Made by a program: the position numbers and the translations under genes. This document shows positions 37,847-45,029 of a stretch of DNA of 45,029 nt, piece after piece. The stretch covers positions 1 to 45,029 of the forward strand of contig CAVBQH010000031.1 in assembly GCA_963597485.1 (NCBI GenBank), written 5' to 3'. The notes under the pieces were generated by a model. It was not told the origin of the DNA. It ran no database searches and saw nothing but the letters and a program-made list of their open reading frames with translations. The stretch's first letter is position 1; every line of letters starts with the position of its first letter. This DNA comes from Acutalibacteraceae bacterium (lineage in GTDB: Bacteria; Bacillota; Clostridia; Lachnospirales; Lachnospiraceae).

Positions 37847-38950
37847 ATGAAACTTCAAATTGAGAAAAACCAGTTGATATCCGCAGTCAATATCGTTTCA
37901 CGGGCCGTTGCCAGTAAAACGACGATGCCGATTCTGCAGTGCATTCTAATTGATGCATCCACTGAGAATATAAAACTGATTGCGAATGATAATGATCTGG
38001 GAATTGAAAATACTGTAGCCGGTGCTATTGAAGAGCATGGAATCATAGCCATTAACGCAGACATATTCTCGAATATTGTCAGGAAATTACCGGATGGAAC
38101 CGTTCTCCTTCAGACAGAAGGTGAAAAAGTTACCATTATATGCGGTAAAGCAAAGTTTACCATCCTGGGAAAAGACGGTGCAGAATTTACGTATCTGCCG
38201 GAGATTAATCGTGAATATGGAATAGAATTGTCTCAGTTCACTCTGCGTGACGTTATTGCCAAGACTATTTTTTCTATTTCAACAACAGACAGTAATAAAT
38301 TAATGACAGGCGAGCTGTTTGAAATTAAAGATAACAGACTCCGTGTTGTTGCATTGGACGGACATCGAATTTCTACAAGAACCGTTGAACTGAAGCAGTC
38401 TTATGATGATCGAAAGGTAGTGATTCCCGGAAAGACTCTTTCCGATGTCAGCAAAATCCTCTCCGGTGATATGGAAAAAAACGTCCATATCTACTTTACA
38501 GAGAGGCATATTCTTTTTGAATTCGATGAAACCATTGTCGTTTCAAGACTTCTGGAGGGAGAATATTTCAAAATTGATCAGATGCTCTCGGTTGATTACC
38601 GTACACACATCCGGATCAATCGACTGGAACTCCTCTCCTGTCTTGAAAGAGCAACGCTTCTTGTAAAGGAAGAAGACAAAAAACCGATTATCCTGATGAT
38701 TACGGATGATATGGTTCAAATGAAGATCCGAACCACACTCGGCAGTATGGATGAAAATATTACCATCGAGAAAGAAGGTGAGGACCTTAACATAGGATTT
38801 AATCCCAAATTTATGATCGATGCCATTCGCGCCGTAGATGATGAAGAAATTGACATTTACCTGATGACACAGCGGGCACCGGCATTTATTCGTGATGATA
38901 AATCCTATTGCTATATGGTTCTGCCGGTGAATTTCATAGATATCGATTAA
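37847..38950 (+). CDS. dnaN: DNA polymerase III beta clamp
   Basis: ALDGHRI, SRLLEGEY, IGFNPKF, MVLPV. Confidence 0.96.
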   Translation: MKLQIEKNQLISAVNIVSRAVASKTTMPILQCILIDASTENIKLIANDNDLGIENTVAGAIEEHGIIAINADIFSNIVRKLPDGTVLLQTEGEKVTIICGKAKFTILGKDGAEFTYLPEINREYGIELSQFTLRDVIAKTIFSISTTDSNKLMTGELFEIKDNRLRVVALDGHRISTRTVELKQSYDDRKVVIPGKTLSDVSKILSGDMEKNVHIYFTERHILFEFDETIVVSRLLEGEYFKIDQMLSVDYRTHIRINRLELLSCLERATLLVKEEDKKPIILMITDDMVQMKIRTTLGSMDENITIEKEGEDLNIGFNPKFMIDAIRAVDDEEIDIYLMTQRAPAFIRDDKSYCYMVLPVNFIDID

Positions 38951-38964
38951 ATAAAGAGGCATCA

Positions 38965-39176
38965 ATGACGGAAATAAAGATTCGAGATGAATTTATTAAG
39001 CTTGGGCAGGCACTAAAGCTGGCCGGTATTGTCCAGTCCGGTGTGGAAGCCAAGTACATGATTGAAGAAGGAAATGTTCTGGTGAACGGTGAGGTTGATA
39101 CACGACGCGGTAAAAAGCTTCGGGATGGTGATATCGTTGCGGTTGATGGGAAGGAATTTACCGTTAGATCCGCTGA

Positions 39177-39180
<4 letters not shown>
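38965..39180 (+). CDS. yaaA: S4-domain RNA-binding protein YaaA
   Basis: FIKLGQALK, VNGEVDTRRGKKL; canonical position. Confidence 0.9.
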
Positions 39181-42433
<3,253 letters not shown>

Positions 42434-42445
42434 AAAGGAATCTTC

Positions 42446-44914
42446 ATGGAAGACAACGTGTTTGACAGCAGAATACATGATGTGGATCTGAATAAGACCA
42501 TGCGCAGCTCGTACATTGATTACGCAATGAGTGTCATTGTGCAAAGAGCGCTTCCGGATGTGCGGGATGGTCTCAAGCCGGTTCAGAGAAGAATTCTCTG
42601 GGCCATGAGTGAGCTTGGAAATACGCCGGATAAGCCACATCGTAAGTGTGCACGTATTGTCGGTGATGCGATGGGTAAGTATCACCCGCACGGTGACAGC
42701 TCAATTTATGGTGCCCTTGTGTACATGGCACAGCCGTGGTCTATGCGGTATTGTCTGGTGGACGGACACGGTAATTTTGGCTCTGTGGATGGTGACGGCG
42801 CAGCAGCTATGCGATACACCGAGGCGCGTCTGACAAAGATCTCTACAGAGATGATGGCAGATATCAACAAGGATACGGTTGATTTTGCCGATAACTTTGA
42901 CGGTACCGAAAAAGAACCGTCCGTAATGCCGTCAAGATTTCCGAATCTTCTTGTAAACGGAACTACCGGTATTGCTGTAGGCATGGCAACCAATATTCCT
43001 CCGCACAATCTGCGTGAGGTAATTGCCGCATGCACCAAAATGATCGACAATCGGGTCCAGGAGAACAGAGAGACCGATGATGAGGAGCTGCTGGAAATCA
43101 TAAAAGCTCCCGATTTTCCTACAGGCGGAATTATTATGGGCCTGCAGGGGGCAAGAGACGCATATCTGACAGGCAGAGGCAAGATCATTACCAGGGCTGT
43201 GACTAATATTGAGCCGATGGCCAACGGCAAGAACCGCATCGTTGTTACGGAACTGCCCTATCTTGTCAATAAGGCAAACCTGATCAAAAACATTGCTGAT
43301 CTTGTTAAAAATAAAAAAATCGAAGGCATTACCGATCTTCGTGACGAGTCAGACCGTGAAGGAATGCGGGTTGTTATTGAGCTTCGTCATGACGTGAATG
43401 CAAATATCATCCTGAATCAGCTCTTCAAGCATACACAGATGCAGGACACCTTCGGCGTTACCATGCTGGCACTGGTAAACGGTGAACCGAAGGTGCTTGG
43501 CCTAAAGGCGGTGCTGACCAATTATTTAAAGCATCAGGAGGATGTTGTAACCCGCAGAACGCAATATGAGCTGAATAAGGCCAAGGAAAGAGATCATATT
43601 GTACAGGGATTGCTGATTGCCATCGATCATATCGACGAGGTTGTCCGGATCATACGCTCCTCTTCTTCCGTACAGGAGGCGAAGAGTCGCCTGATTGAGC
43701 GGTTCGGCCTGGACGATACACAGGCGCAGGCAATCGTTGACATGCGTCTTCGTGCGCTGACCGGCTTGGAGCATGACAAGCTGGAGGCTGAGCATGTAGA
43801 GCTTTTAAAGACCATTGCAAGGCTGGAGGCGATTTTGGGCGACCGGAATCTTCTGCTGGGTGTAATCCGGAGTGAGCTCAATGTCATCGCTGAGAAGTAC
43901 GGAGATGAAAGACGATCACAAATCAATATGCATGCGGATCTTTCGGAGCTTGAGCTGGAGGATCTGATCCAGAATGAGAATTGTGTAATCACCAGAACCA
44001 GTCTTGGATATATCAAGAGAACCTCTGCGGATGAGTTCCGTTCCCAGAACCGCGGCGGCAGAGGAATCAAGGGTGCTCACACCATCGATGACGATTATGT
44101 GGAAGATTTATTGATGACCGCCATCAAGGACATGCTGCTGATCTTTACCAATAAGGGACGTGTGTACAAGCTGAAGGCCTACAAGATCCCGGAGGCATCC
44201 AGAACCTCCCGCGGTACGGCGATTGTGAATCTTCTGCAGCTGGATGCAGATGAAAAAGTGTCCGCACTGATCCCGGTAAAGGGAATCAGCGAGGATAAGA
44301 ATCTGTTCATGGTCACCAGAAACGGTATCGTGAAAAAGACGAAATGCACGGAGTTTACGAATATCCGCAACGGCGGCATCAACGCCATCACCATTCAGGA
44401 GGGTGATGCACTGATTGAGGTTAAGGAAACGGGCAAGGATGATGATATTATCATTGTCACGGAGAAGGGAATGGCCGTTCGTTTCCATGAGGATCAGGTT
44501 CGCGCCACAGGGCGTACCAGTATGGGCGTTCGCGGCATAGCACTGGCAGATGGAGATCAGGTTGTAGGCATGCAGCTTAGCTCACAGGGAGATTCCATTC
44601 TGGTTGTGTCTGAGAAAGGCCTTGGAAAGCGCAGTGCCCTTGATGACTTCCGCATTCAGAACCGCGGCGGAAAGGGAATTAAGTGCTATAAGATTACAGA
44701 AAAGACGGGAAATGTTGTTGGTATCAAAGCAGTGAACGATGATCATGAGATTATGATGATCACCTCCGCAGGTATCATCATACAGATCCGCATGAATGAG
44801 GTACCGGTTCACAGCCGTATTACCTCCGGCGTGAAGCTGATGAACCTGGAGGAAGGCGTCAAGGTCGTGAAGATTGCCAAGGTTCGGGAGGAGATCGAGG
44901 AATCCGAAGAGTGA
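42446..44914 (+). CDS. gyrA: DNA gyrase subunit A
   Basis: HPHGD, AAMRYTE catalytic Tyr, GyrA-box QNRGGRG. Confidence 0.97.
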   Translation: MEDNVFDSRIHDVDLNKTMRSSYIDYAMSVIVQRALPDVRDGLKPVQRRILWAMSELGNTPDKPHRKCARIVGDAMGKYHPHGDSSIYGALVYMAQPWSMRYCLVDGHGNFGSVDGDGAAAMRYTEARLTKISTEMMADINKDTVDFADNFDGTEKEPSVMPSRFPNLLVNGTTGIAVGMATNIPPHNLREVIAACTKMIDNRVQENRETDDEELLEIIKAPDFPTGGIIMGLQGARDAYLTGRGKIITRAVTNIEPMANGKNRIVVTELPYLVNKANLIKNIADLVKNKKIEGITDLRDESDREGMRVVIELRHDVNANIILNQLFKHTQMQDTFGVTMLALVNGEPKVLGLKAVLTNYLKHQEDVVTRRTQYELNKAKERDHIVQGLLIAIDHIDEVVRIIRSSSSVQEAKSRLIERFGLDDTQAQAIVDMRLRALTGLEHDKLEAEHVELLKTIARLEAILGDRNLLLGVIRSELNVIAEKYGDERRSQINMHADLSELELEDLIQNENCVITRTSLGYIKRTSADEFRSQNRGGRGIKGAHTIDDDYVEDLLMTAIKDMLLIFTNKGRVYKLKAYKIPEASRTSRGTAIVNLLQLDADEKVSALIPVKGISEDKNLFMVTRNGIVKKTKCTEFTNIRNGGINAITIQEGDALIEVKETGKDDDIIIVTEKGMAVRFHEDQVRATGRTSMGVRGIALADGDQVVGMQLSSQGDSILVVSEKGLGKRSALDDFRIQNRGGKGIKCYKITEKTGNVVGIKAVNDDHEIMMITSAGIIIQIRMNEVPVHSRITSGVKLMNLEEGVKVVKIAKVREEIEESEE

Positions 44915-45029
44915 TTTTTATTTGTGGTGGTGCCTGCGCAAGCAGGCATGGTGGTTTTAAGAACAAAGGGAAGTGGCTTCGAAGGATTATAATAGATCAG
45001 GATAAAAAGTGGCAGCATGGAATATCGTC

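Noticed and set aside
45017..45029. Possible gene start MEYR at the window edge
   Set aside because: Four codons and no clear SD; not enough to call.

Overview
Chromosomal replication-origin region of a Clostridia genome. Gene set and order (DUF3881, DUF4446, parB without noc) suggest Lachnospiraceae. Right half is the canonical serS-DUF4446-parB-parA-[MATE]-rsmG-mnmG-mnmE-jag-yidC-yidD-rnpA-rpmH <oriC> dnaA-dnaN-yaaA-recF-gyrB-gyrA block, with three parS sites and a dense DnaA-box cluster. Left half is accessory metabolism: (i) a fucose-isomerase-family / split transketolase / FGGY kinase sugar operon, (ii) a LexA-boxed, probably leaderless Y-family polymerase + YolD cassette, and (iii) a 14-kb same-strand run pxpB-pxpC-dat-DUF1445-pxpA-DUF4392-livKHMGF-CMK-like-aminotransferase-alr. 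The most interesting signals are: that run as a possible pathway handling both pyroglutamate/glutamate enantiomers with a split D-glutamate cyclase; a modular intergenic repeat family with GTAACTATTCAG-like ends; a highly structured livK leader; a consensus promoter firing directly into a terminator upstream of dat; and a 125-bp CTAG-ended MITE. All family assignments are by eye from motifs; no searches were run.
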